NCBI GenBank assembly: GCA_040380025.1
Contig: JBEIJY010000001.1
Span: 32,001-96,000 of the forward strand
Reading direction: 5' to 3'
Length of the DNA stretch: 64,000 nucleotides
Source of the DNA: Bdellovibrionales bacterium
Lineage (GTDB): Bacteria > Bdellovibrionota > UBA1018 > CAIMNF01
How positions within the stretch are numbered: the first letter of the stretch is position 1; each line of letters starts with the position of its first letter. The notes beneath the pieces were generated by a model, which saw only the letters and a program-made list of their open reading frames with translations, was not told where the DNA came from and made no database searches. Positions 48,638 to 57,148 of this stretch are shown one piece after another. The translations under genes were made by a program, and so were the position numbers.

Positions 48638-50433
48638 GCTGCCTGCTTTCTGAGCCGCGAATGGCGGACTCCGTACAGAAAGTATACCGCAAGGCCGGCA
48701 ACAAGCCAGATCCCGAAGCGATACCAGTTCACGATTCCGAGCTCGGTCATGAGGTAAGCGCAGGTCGAGAGCCCGAGAAGCGGAATGAGCGAGAATTCGC
48801 GCAAAAATGCCGCCGCGCCGAGATACACCATCATGAACAAAAAGATCGTGAGCGGAATCCGATGCTTGAAAACTTCAAACCCCGTGGCGCCCGGATTCGC
48901 GGGATCGAAGTTCCCGAGATAATTCAAAAGACTCTCGTACCCGAACTGATGCCAGCAAATCGCAGAAATCAGAACAAGCGCCGGAAAAATCCACTTCGCA
49001 TTGATATAAGGCACATAGAACCGTCCCGGCACACGCTCGCGTCTCGGGTCCTGGCTCAGCACTCCGGCGCAAACGATGGCGAACGCAAAAAGAGTCCCGA
49101 TCGAGGTCAGATCGGTGACCTCCGTCAGGTTCATGAACATGCACGGCACTCCGACGATGAATCCCGCAACAAGCGTCGAGAACCACGGTGTCTTGTACTT
49201 CGGATGGATCGCCGCAAATACGGGCGGCAGGAGCCCGTCCCGGCTCATCGCCATCCAGATCCGCGGCTGACCGAGCTGGAACACCAGGAGCACCGTGAAG
49301 AGCGCAATCACGGCACTGATCGCGATCACGCCCGAAATCCAGTTCACATTCGCGCCTTCAGGTCCGAACACATAGGCGAGCGGATCGCCCACCGAAAGAT
49401 GATCATAACGGACCACGCCGGTCAGAACGAGCGTCACGAGCACATACAGAACCGTGCAAATCAGAAGCGAGTAAATCATGGCCCTAGGCAGGTCTTTTTG
49501 CGGATTCCGGCACTCTTCGGCCGTGGTCGAAATCGCATCAAAGCCAATGTATGCGAAGAAAATCGCCGAGACCCCCTTCATCACCCCCGTGATGCCGTTC
49601 GGGGCGAAGGGAGACCAGTTCTCGGGCTTGACGTACAAGGCCCCGAGCCCTACCACCAAAAGGAGCACAAGAATCTTGAGGGCGACCATCGCATTCGCAA
49701 CGCGCTTTGATTCCTGGATGCCGACATACACGATTGCGGTGACGAGAATGGTCGCGATCACGGCCGGAAAATGAAAAATCAGATGCAACCCGAAGATCTG
49801 GGGAGAACCGGTCCAGGCCTCATAGCCGTGAACCGAGGCGAGGGACAGACCTGTTGCTTGCAGATCGGTAAAGGCGACTCCCGAGTCGAGCGCGGCTTTC
49901 ACTTGCTCATATCCGCGCGAAGCCGAGAGGAGATCCATCGTAAGCCAGGAGGGCATGTGGATTCCGTACCCCGAAAGAAGCGAGTTCAGATAATCGCCCC
50001 AAGAGATCGCCACCGCGATGTTTCCGATCGCGTACTCCATGAGCAAATCCCAACCGATGATCCAGGCCAGAAGCTCGCCCAAAGAGGCATAGGCGTACGT
50101 GTAGGCCGATCCCGCCACCGGAATGCGCGAGGCGAATTCGGCGTAACAGAGTGCCGAGAACGCGCAGGCGATCGCGGTGAACAAGAACAAAAAAACCGTG
50201 GCGGGTCCGCCATTCGAGGCGGCGGTTCCCACGGTCGAGAAGATTCCTGCCCCGATCACGGCGGCGATTCCGAGCGAAGTCAGATCCCAAACCCCGAGAG
50301 TCCGTTTCAGTCCTTCGGGAAGCGAGCCTCCGTGCGCAGAACTGTGTGCCGGACTGTGTGCCGAACCCTCCACCGTGGCCTCGACTAAAATCTGCGGAAT
50401 CGGCTTCGTACGGAACAAAGATTTCCATGACAT
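48634..50433 (-). CDS. APC-family (cationic amino acid transporter-like) permease
   Basis: GAGIF, CYAEFASRIPVAGSAY, AWIIGWDL, FFAYIGFDAIST, GQPRIWMAMSRDGLLP. Confidence 0.94.
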   Translation of the reverse strand: MSWKSLFRTKPIPQILVEATVEGSAHSPAHSSAHGGSLPEGLKRTLGVWDLTSLGIAAVIGAGIFSTVGTAASNGGPATVFLFLFTAIACAFSALCYAEFASRIPVAGSAYTYAYASLGELLAWIIGWDLLMEYAIGNIAVAISWGDYLNSLLSGYGIHMPSWLTMDLLSASRGYEQVKAALDSGVAFTDLQATGLSLASVHGYEAWTGSPQIFGLHLIFHFPAVIATILVTAIVYVGIQESKRVANAMVALKILVLLLVVGLGALYVKPENWSPFAPNGITGVMKGVSAIFFAYIGFDAISTTAEECRNPQKDLPRAMIYSLLICTVLYVLVTLVLTGVVRYDHLSVGDPLAYVFGPEGANVNWISGVIAISAVIALFTVLLVFQLGQPRIWMAMSRDGLLPPVFAAIHPKYKTPWFSTLVAGFIVGVPCMFMNLTEVTDLTSIGTLFAFAIVCAGVLSQDPRRERVPGRFYVPYINAKWIFPALVLISAICWHQFGYESLLNYLGNFDPANPGATGFEVFKHRIPLTIFLFMMVYLGAAAFLREFSLIPLLGLSTCAYLMTELGIVNWYRFGIWLVAGLAVYFLYGVRHSRLRKQAA

Positions 50434-50504
50434 TGGCTTGACGCCCTCCCTGAAAACAGTATGATTGCGAGTCGGGATTGAACACCAATCGGGAGATTTT
50501 CACA

Positions 50505-52097
50505 ATGGCAAATCTGTTCCAAAAAAAGGACCTCGCAAAACTGATTTCAGATGCGGGAGATCCGAACGCGTCCGAACACGCTCAAGGTGCGGGAACCTTG
50601 AAGCGGCACCTGACCGCACTGAACCTGACCCTGCTCGGCGTGGGCGGCATCATCGGAGCCGGGATTTTCTCGCTGACCGGCATCGCGGCGGCGAACTACG
50701 CCGGCCCCGGAATCGTGTTCAGCTTCATCATCGGAGGCATTCTTTGCGCCTTCGCAGGGCTTTGTTATGCCGAAATGGCGGCCATGGTGCCTGTCTCGGG
50801 CTCGGCTTACGCCTACTCCTACGCGACCCTCGGCGAACTCGTGGCGTGGATCATCGGCTGGGACCTGATTCTCGAATACGCATTCGGCTCGGTGACTGTT
50901 GCGGCGGCCTGGTCCGGATATTTCGTCTCGCTCTTCCAGAAAACCCTCGGAATCGAAATCACCGATTCCATGCTCCGGCTCACCAAGGGGCCCTGGGAAA
51001 TGGTCACGCTTGCCGACGGAAGCATGGTTCACGGAATCTGGAACCTTCCGGCCAGCGTAGTTGCCATCATTGCCGGCCTGATTCTGTACAAGGGCATCCG
51101 CGAGAGCGCGACCGTGAACAATCTGGTCGTGGCGATCAAACTTGCGATCATCCTCTCGTTCATTGCGATCGGCTGGGGCGTGATTGATTCGATGAACTGG
51201 CAGGCGAACCCGAACGCGACGGGGCTCATGGGGTTTGTTCCCGAAGTCGCCGAATCCATGCGGAACGGCGAATCGATTCTGAGCTTCGGCTGGCCGGGAG
51301 TCCTGACCGGCGCGGGAGTCGTGTTCTTTGCTTACATCGGCTTCGATGCCGTTTCGACCACCGCCCAAGAGGCGAAGAATCCGCAGAGGGATCTGCCGAT
51401 CGGAATTCTCGCATCGCTCTTCATCTGCACTGCGATTTACATCCTGATGGCGCTCGTGATGACCGGCGTGGTTCCGTATCGCGAACTCGGGGTACCCGAT
51501 CCGGTTGCGGTCGGAGTGGATCGGATCGTGAGCCTGCGCGGCTGGAGCCCGGGAGCCCAGCACACCCTCTCGTTTGCGGTGAAGCTCGGGGCCCTCATGG
51601 GACTCACCTCGGTGATCCTCGTGCTCATGCTCGGACAAACGCGGATTTTTTACGCCATGGCGAAAGACGGGCTTCTTCCCTGGTTTGATCAGGTTCATAA
51701 GGTGTTCCACACTCCGCACAAGGCCACGACGATCACGGCCTTGTTTGTCGCGGTTTGTGCGGGCTGCATGCCCATGAGCCTTGTCGGGGAGCTGGTTTCG
51801 ATCGGCACCCTGCTCGCCTTCGTTCTGGTGTGCGTGGGCGTGGTGATTCTCAGAATCAAGTCACCCGAAACCCCGAGACCCTTCAAAACCCCGCTCTTCT
51901 GGTTTGTCGGTCCCGCAGGCGCACTCTCGTGCCTCTGGGTGATGTCGAGCCTGCCGCGCGACACGTGGATCCGTCTTGCTGTGTGGCTTGTGATCGGATT
52001 CGTGGTTTATTTTGCCTACGGCATCCACCATTCCAAGCTCAGAAAGAATTCCGGACATGGCCTCCCGTCTTACCCCGAAGCAAAAGCAGACACTTGA
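50505..52097 (+). CDS. APC-family (cationic amino acid transporter-like) permease, divergent paralogue
   Basis: RBS GGGAG; GAGIF, CYAEMAAMVPVSGSAY, FFAYIGFDAVST, GQTRIFYAMAKDGLLP; upstream TTGACG-N16-TATGAT. Confidence 0.94.
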   Translation: MANLFQKKDLAKLISDAGDPNASEHAQGAGTLKRHLTALNLTLLGVGGIIGAGIFSLTGIAAANYAGPGIVFSFIIGGILCAFAGLCYAEMAAMVPVSGSAYAYSYATLGELVAWIIGWDLILEYAFGSVTVAAAWSGYFVSLFQKTLGIEITDSMLRLTKGPWEMVTLADGSMVHGIWNLPASVVAIIAGLILYKGIRESATVNNLVVAIKLAIILSFIAIGWGVIDSMNWQANPNATGLMGFVPEVAESMRNGESILSFGWPGVLTGAGVVFFAYIGFDAVSTTAQEAKNPQRDLPIGILASLFICTAIYILMALVMTGVVPYRELGVPDPVAVGVDRIVSLRGWSPGAQHTLSFAVKLGALMGLTSVILVLMLGQTRIFYAMAKDGLLPWFDQVHKVFHTPHKATTITALFVAVCAGCMPMSLVGELVSIGTLLAFVLVCVGVVILRIKSPETPRPFKTPLFWFVGPAGALSCLWVMSSLPRDTWIRLAVWLVIGFVVYFAYGIHHSKLRKNSGHGLPSYPEAKADT

Positions 52098-52710
52098 TTG
52101 GATCGAGGAGTTTTCACGGACCCGGGGCACGTTTCCCTCTCGCAGGGAAATCGCCTCGGGTCTCGGACTCTCCTCGCCCGCCACCATCCAACAACACATC
52201 GAGGCCCTCGAAAAGAAGGGCTTCCTGAAGCGCGGAGAAGCCCACGAAAGTCGCGGACTCGAATGGACCGCACGCTCCAGACGACTGTTCCAGGAGCAAC
52301 CCGATCTCGAGACCGTCCCCCTGATCGGGACGATTGCGGCAGGGTTTCCGATCGAGGTGTTCCCGGAGCCCGAACAAAAACAAATTCCGCTTCAAGCGTT
52401 TTTGAGAAACGAACGAGGAGGCGTCTCCCGCGAGGGAATCTTCATGCTCGCCGTTCGGGGGGATTCGATGATCGAAGACGGAATCCTACCCGGGGACTGG
52501 GTGATCCTGAGAAAATCCTCGTCCGCACGACCGGGCGAGACCGTGGCGGCGCTCTTGAACGGCGAAGCAACACTGAAACGATTTCAAAAAACCCCGCGTG
52601 GTCCCGAGCTTCACCCGGCGAATCTGCGCTACCCGGTCCTTTCGATCCGGGAGGGCGACCGCTTTCAAATTCAAGGAATTCTGATCGGACTTCTTCGTCA
52701 ATATTCTTGA
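52057..52710 (+). CDS. lexA: SOS repressor LexA
   Basis: LTPKQ...PSRREIA wHTH; IAAG cleavage site; GDSM (Ser); EATLKR (Lys). Confidence 0.93.
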   Translation: MASRLTPKQKQTLDWIEEFSRTRGTFPSRREIASGLGLSSPATIQQHIEALEKKGFLKRGEAHESRGLEWTARSRRLFQEQPDLETVPLIGTIAAGFPIEVFPEPEQKQIPLQAFLRNERGGVSREGIFMLAVRGDSMIEDGILPGDWVILRKSSSARPGETVAALLNGEATLKRFQKTPRGPELHPANLRYPVLSIREGDRFQIQGILIGLLRQYS

Positions 52711-52735
52711 ACTCTCGCCTCGAAGCGACCATACT
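52707..52735 (+). promoter_or_regulatory. Sigma70 promoter, likely leaderless MFS mRNA
   Basis: TTGAAC-N17-CATACT, 6 nt before the GTG at 52742. Confidence 0.55.
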
Positions 52736-52741
52736 CTGCCC

Positions 52742-53965
52742 GTGTCATTCCGCGAATCCAAACCTCTTTTTGCGATCTTCTTCATTGTTTTCGTGGATAT
52801 CCTCGCATTCACCCTGATTCTTCCGTATTTGCCGTTCTACGCCGAGCGTTTCGGCGCGACCCCGACCCAGGTGGGACTGATTGTCACGAGCTTCTCGCTT
52901 TGCCAGTTTTTGGCAGGACCGGTGCTCGGTCATCTTTCGGACCGAGTCGGACGAAAACCGATTCTGATCACAAGTCAGATCGGGACTTGCGTGGGCTTTG
53001 TGATCCTCGCGCTTTCGAACAACCTTTGGATGGTGTACCTCTCGCGAATCCTGGACGGAATCACCGCCGGAAACCTCACGGTCGCGCAGGCCGCGATCTC
53101 GGACATCACCAAACCCGCCGATCGGGCGCGGGCGTTCTCGTGGATCGGTGTCGCCTTCGGGACGGGTTTTTTCATCGGTCCCGCGATCTCAGGACTCCTC
53201 TCGCACTTCGGGCCAGAGGCTCCGGCATGGGGAGCGGCATTCATCTCGCTTTGCTCGATCTTCTCGACCGCCGTTTTGTTCCGGGATTCGGGCCCGATGC
53301 TCGAGACCAAAAAACCGTTCCGGGTATCGCGATCCGACCTTCTTCGCGCCCTTGATCTGCGGCCCTTGGCGCATTATCTACGCCATCCGGGGCTGAAGCC
53401 GATCTTGCGCCAGTTCTTTTTCTTCAACGTGTCGTTTTCGGCGCACATTTCGTGCTTCGCCCTTTTTGCCGAGCGCGTGCTGACCTGGAATGGAAAGCCC
53501 TTCGGGCCCACGGAGGTCAGTTACCTCTACGCGTATCTCGGGTTCCTCGGAATCGCCGTGCGCAGCTGGCTCATCGGTCTTTTGATTCGCAGATTCGGCG
53601 AGCGCGGCACCTCCAAAATCGGCTTCCTCGCCCAAGGCCTAGGATTCGGCGCCTACGCCTTCGTGACCGATATTCCCGGGGCTCTGATTGCCTCGACGCT
53701 CTCGAGCATCGGTTCGGGACTGATCCGGCCCTCGCTGAGCGCGCGAATGTCGCATGAGGTGAGCCCGAAAGAGCAAGGCGCGATCTTCGGGGTGAGCCAG
53801 AGTCTGGCCTCGATCGCCTCGATCCTTGCGCCTGTGATTGCGGGATTCATCCTGGGCTCGGTTTCGGTCCGTGCCTGGGCCGTGTTCTCGGGCGGAATGA
53901 TGCTGATTGCGTTCGTATTCCGGGATCGGGAGGCATCTCCCGCCACCCAAGAAGCGCGGCCCTGA
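52742..53965 (+). CDS. MFS drug:H+ antiporter (TetA/DHA1-like)
   Basis: GHLSDRVGRKP (motif A), RILDGITAG, GFFIGPAISG. Confidence 0.92.
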   Translation: MSFRESKPLFAIFFIVFVDILAFTLILPYLPFYAERFGATPTQVGLIVTSFSLCQFLAGPVLGHLSDRVGRKPILITSQIGTCVGFVILALSNNLWMVYLSRILDGITAGNLTVAQAAISDITKPADRARAFSWIGVAFGTGFFIGPAISGLLSHFGPEAPAWGAAFISLCSIFSTAVLFRDSGPMLETKKPFRVSRSDLLRALDLRPLAHYLRHPGLKPILRQFFFFNVSFSAHISCFALFAERVLTWNGKPFGPTEVSYLYAYLGFLGIAVRSWLIGLLIRRFGERGTSKIGFLAQGLGFGAYAFVTDIPGALIASTLSSIGSGLIRPSLSARMSHEVSPKEQGAIFGVSQSLASIASILAPVIAGFILGSVSVRAWAVFSGGMMLIAFVFRDREASPATQEARP

Positions 53966-54039
53966 GGGCTCTCCCGGAAGAACTCACGATGAAACTTCCG
54001 CTCCGTTTTTGCCGCGCGTTATGCTAGAACCCGCACACC

Positions 54040-55050
54040 ATGACTCTTCCCGGGACTTCCACCCCCTTTCGTTTTGTCGTTTTGGTTTTGATCTTTTCGG
54101 CGACGCTCCCTTCGGGAATCGCCCGAGCCGACGACATTTCTTGCAATGAACTCCTTACCGGCCTGAAGAACAAGATCATCGGGTTTTTCGGTCCGGAACG
54201 GCCTCCCGAGCCGGTCCCGACCATGACAGAGCTTCTGGCATCCCGACTCCCCGCGGATCCGGAGGTGATCCGCCTTTTCGTGCGCGATCCGAAGATCCCC
54301 ACCATGCCCCATTATACGAACAACATGATCGGTTCGATTCAAGATGCCTTCGCTCCGTGGTTTCGGAGGGAGCACACCGAATCCTATGCGGAGATGCTCC
54401 GCAAACAACACCGGCTTTTGACCGGGGGAGAAACCGGGGAACAGACGTATCTCTCGACCTCCGTCTCCCGGCCCTTGGAGCCCGGGGAAATCGGAAAATT
54501 CCGTCATGAATTGCCCCCCACGATCGACCGGGCGATGCTCCAATTCCGGTTTGCCGAAAGTCTCGGGAGCCTGGGCAAGCATCCCGCGCCGGTGGCGGAG
54601 TTCCTGAAATCGATCAAATCAGGCGAAATCCGCTGGATCTCGATCACCGAAGTGCCTCGCAAGGCGCACCCGAAGTCATCGGTCCTGCCCAAGGTGTTCT
54701 TTGATGAAACGATCGAGGTGATTTTCACGCAAGTGTACCCGGAACGGGCGCATGCCGGGCATTACGTGGAAGCCCTCGAAAAAACCATGGAAACCCTCCG
54801 CGCGCTCCCCCGCCCCGCGGAGCTCGAAACCCTCATTCCGCCCTTGGCCGCCACGATCAAGTTGTTCGCCGCGGGTCTGCCTTTCGAAAAAGTGAACTTT
54901 TCAATTGCGATGTCCCATGTGAACTTCATTTTGATGGAGCATGGTTACCGCGGGATCGAGAATGGATTTTTTGATGTCTACTCGATGCTTCTTCCCGAGG
55001 AGACCTTCCATTCCCTTCTTCTGGAGACGATTCGGAAGGCACAACCATAG
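54040..55050 (+). CDS. Secreted hypothetical protein with a degenerate Fic-like C-terminal motif
   Basis: Signal peptide; LPFEKVNFSIAMSHVNFILMEHG. Confidence 0.65.
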   Translation: MTLPGTSTPFRFVVLVLIFSATLPSGIARADDISCNELLTGLKNKIIGFFGPERPPEPVPTMTELLASRLPADPEVIRLFVRDPKIPTMPHYTNNMIGSIQDAFAPWFRREHTESYAEMLRKQHRLLTGGETGEQTYLSTSVSRPLEPGEIGKFRHELPPTIDRAMLQFRFAESLGSLGKHPAPVAEFLKSIKSGEIRWISITEVPRKAHPKSSVLPKVFFDETIEVIFTQVYPERAHAGHYVEALEKTMETLRALPRPAELETLIPPLAATIKLFAAGLPFEKVNFSIAMSHVNFILMEHGYRGIENGFFDVYSMLLPEETFHSLLLETIRKAQP

Positions 55051-55083
55051 AGAATGCGCGAGAGAATGCGCAGGAGCACAAGC

Positions 55084-55473
55084 ATGAGTGATTTGAGCTT
55101 TGATCGAAAAATCCCCCTTTCTTTTGATGCCGCGATCGAGCGGGTCACCGAGGCGCTGAAGCAGAACGGCTTCGGCGTGCTCACACGGATTGATTTCGAC
55201 CAAAAGATTCGCGAGAAACTGGGCCATGAGCTTCCGAGAACCGCGATTCTCGGCGCCTGCAATCCGGGCTTCGCCCATGCGGGTTATCAGCAAGATCGCG
55301 ACATGCTTCTTTTGATTCCCTGCAATGTCGTGGTCGAAGAGATCGCTCCCTCGGAAGTGTCGGTACGGATGGTGAAGCCGAGCGCGATGATGGGGGCCCT
55401 GAACTCGCCTGCGCTCGAGGAACTCGCTTCGAAAGTCGACGAAAGCCTCTTGCTTGCTCTCCGAAGCCTCTGA
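55084..55473 (+). CDS. DUF302 domain protein
   Basis: ALKQNGFGVLTRID, ILGACNP, LLIPCNVVV; RBS AGGAG. Confidence 0.9.
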   Translation: MSDLSFDRKIPLSFDAAIERVTEALKQNGFGVLTRIDFDQKIREKLGHELPRTAILGACNPGFAHAGYQQDRDMLLLIPCNVVVEEIAPSEVSVRMVKPSAMMGALNSPALEELASKVDESLLLALRSL

Positions 55474-55486
55474 TTGACCTTTCTTC

Positions 55487-55507
55487 CCTGACGGAATCCT
55501 GACGGAA
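55487..55507. promoter_or_regulatory. Direct repeat with 11-bp period (OmpR/PhoB-type box candidate)
   Basis: CCTGACGGAA at 55487 and 55498, upstream of ATGATT-N17-TACCAT (55524-55552). Confidence 0.45.
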
Positions 55508-55560
55508 GCCTTTCCGGATCACAATGATTCTGCTTTCGGGTTCCGATACCATCGGAGCAT

Positions 55561-56352
55561 ATGCAAGCACTCGAATCCCGTCCCGGTCCCATCCGGATTT
55601 ACAGGCGCATGGAGCCGTTTGTCCCGATGTCGGTCGAAAACTCGCGTTACCTTCTGAAGACCGTCGACCAGACCTCCGAGCTGAAAGAAGTCATGCAGCT
55701 CCGTGCCCGGGTGTTTTCGGCCGAATACGGCGCAAAAAGCGCCTCAGGCGGGCTCGACATCGATCCCTTCGACTTTCACTGCGATCATCTGGTGATCGTC
55801 GAAAAATCTTCGGGCACCATCATCGGAACCTATCGGGTTTTGTGCTCGCGGTTCACCGCGAACTTCTACTCCGAGACGGAATTCGAACTGGGAGATTTTT
55901 TGCGCGCTCCCGGCACCAAGATCGAACTGGGGCGGGCCTGCATCGAACCCGCCCATCGACGGGGAATCGTACTCAGCCTTCTTTGGCGGGGAATCCTGCG
56001 CTATGCGCTCGAGACCCGCGCGGATTATCTCTTCGGATGCTCGAGCATCAAGACCATCGACCCGGCGGAAGCGAGGCTCCTTCACGATCAGCTCGCCGGC
56101 GCCGGATCCGTTTCGACAGAGTGGAAGGTCGATCCGGTCGAAAAACACCGAATCAACGGGTTCGCCTCGATTCGTCCGAAAGAGGGCGTTCCCACCGCCG
56201 AGATCCCGCCTCTTTTGCAAAGCTACCTGAATGCCGGAGCGAAGATCCTGGGCGAGCCCGCGCTCGATCTTGATTTCCGGTGCGTAGACCTCCTGACCGT
56301 CCTGAAACTGACCGACTTGAACCGGACCCATGAGAAATTCCATCAGATTTGA
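55561..56352 (+). CDS. GNAT-fold N-acyltransferase, OlsB-like
   Basis: LRARVF..E, DIDPFD..CDHLV, GTYR, FYSETEF, ELGRACI, LLW, IPPLLQSYL..GAK..GEPALD.DF. Confidence 0.88.
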   Translation: MQALESRPGPIRIYRRMEPFVPMSVENSRYLLKTVDQTSELKEVMQLRARVFSAEYGAKSASGGLDIDPFDFHCDHLVIVEKSSGTIIGTYRVLCSRFTANFYSETEFELGDFLRAPGTKIELGRACIEPAHRRGIVLSLLWRGILRYALETRADYLFGCSSIKTIDPAEARLLHDQLAGAGSVSTEWKVDPVEKHRINGFASIRPKEGVPTAEIPPLLQSYLNAGAKILGEPALDLDFRCVDLLTVLKLTDLNRTHEKFHQI

Positions 56353-57148
56353 CCAGACGATCCGGTTTTCGAGGATGGCGGTGCTCGTTCTGGAGTTTTT
56401 CGTCACGGCCTCGGTCGAACATCTCATGCTCGGACTCAGCCGGAGCGGTCGCGAACAGCTCCCGCGCAAAAAAGCGCTCCGAATCGGCCGCTACTCGAAG
56501 CGCGCTCTTGCCATTCTCGGAGTTCGCGTCGACTACGACCGGAACACCCGCCCCTTTCCGGGCGGAGGCATGATGGTCTGCAATCATGTTTCGTACCTCG
56601 ATATTCTGGTGCTCTCTTCGCAGATTCCGGCGCTTTACATCACCTCAGTCGAGACCGGATCGGCCGGCTGGATCGGGGCCTTGTGCCGGCTTGCCGGATG
56701 CCTTTTTGTCGAACGACGAAAAGTGACCGCGCTCAAGAAAGAAGTCTCCGAGATCGACTCGGCTCTGAAAAACGGGGTGCCGGTGGTCTTGTTCCCCGAG
56801 GCGACTTCATCGGATGGCCGGGATGTGCTGCCCTTCCGATCTTCTCTTTATGAGTGCGCTCTGCAAGCCCGGGCGCCGATTCACTCCTTTTGCATTCACT
56901 ACACTCCCGAAGACAACGGAGTTCCCTATTACGGCGAGATGACGATCCTGCCGCATCTGTTCGCCATTTGCGACGGACGCTCGAGAACGGCGCATCTCGA
57001 ATTCCTTGACACGATCGAGCCCTCCGATACCCTTGAACGGAAGGCGGCCGCGCGAACCACCCGCTTTCAGATCCGGCAGGCATATGTTTCGAGAATGGGA
57101 AGAGCTCCAGAAGATCAAGTCCGGCCTGAGTCCGCACTGCAGGCGTGA
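56330..57148 (+). CDS. Lysophospholipid acyltransferase family protein (OlsA/PlsC-like)
   Basis: NHVSYLD (HX4D), FVER, FPEATSSDG..VLPF. Confidence 0.9.
   Translation: MRNSIRFDQTIRFSRMAVLVLEFFVTASVEHLMLGLSRSGREQLPRKKALRIGRYSKRALAILGVRVDYDRNTRPFPGGGMMVCNHVSYLDILVLSSQIPALYITSVETGSAGWIGALCRLAGCLFVERRKVTALKKEVSEIDSALKNGVPVVLFPEATSSDGRDVLPFRSSLYECALQARAPIHSFCIHYTPEDNGVPYYGEMTILPHLFAICDGRSRTAHLEFLDTIEPSDTLERKAAARTTRFQIRQAYVSRMGRAPEDQVRPESALQA

Noticed and set aside
48450..48704. 84-aa track ORF between the permease and the di-iron fusion
   Set aside because: Overlaps both neighbours; the 52-aa TM ORF in another frame fits the gap with translational coupling.
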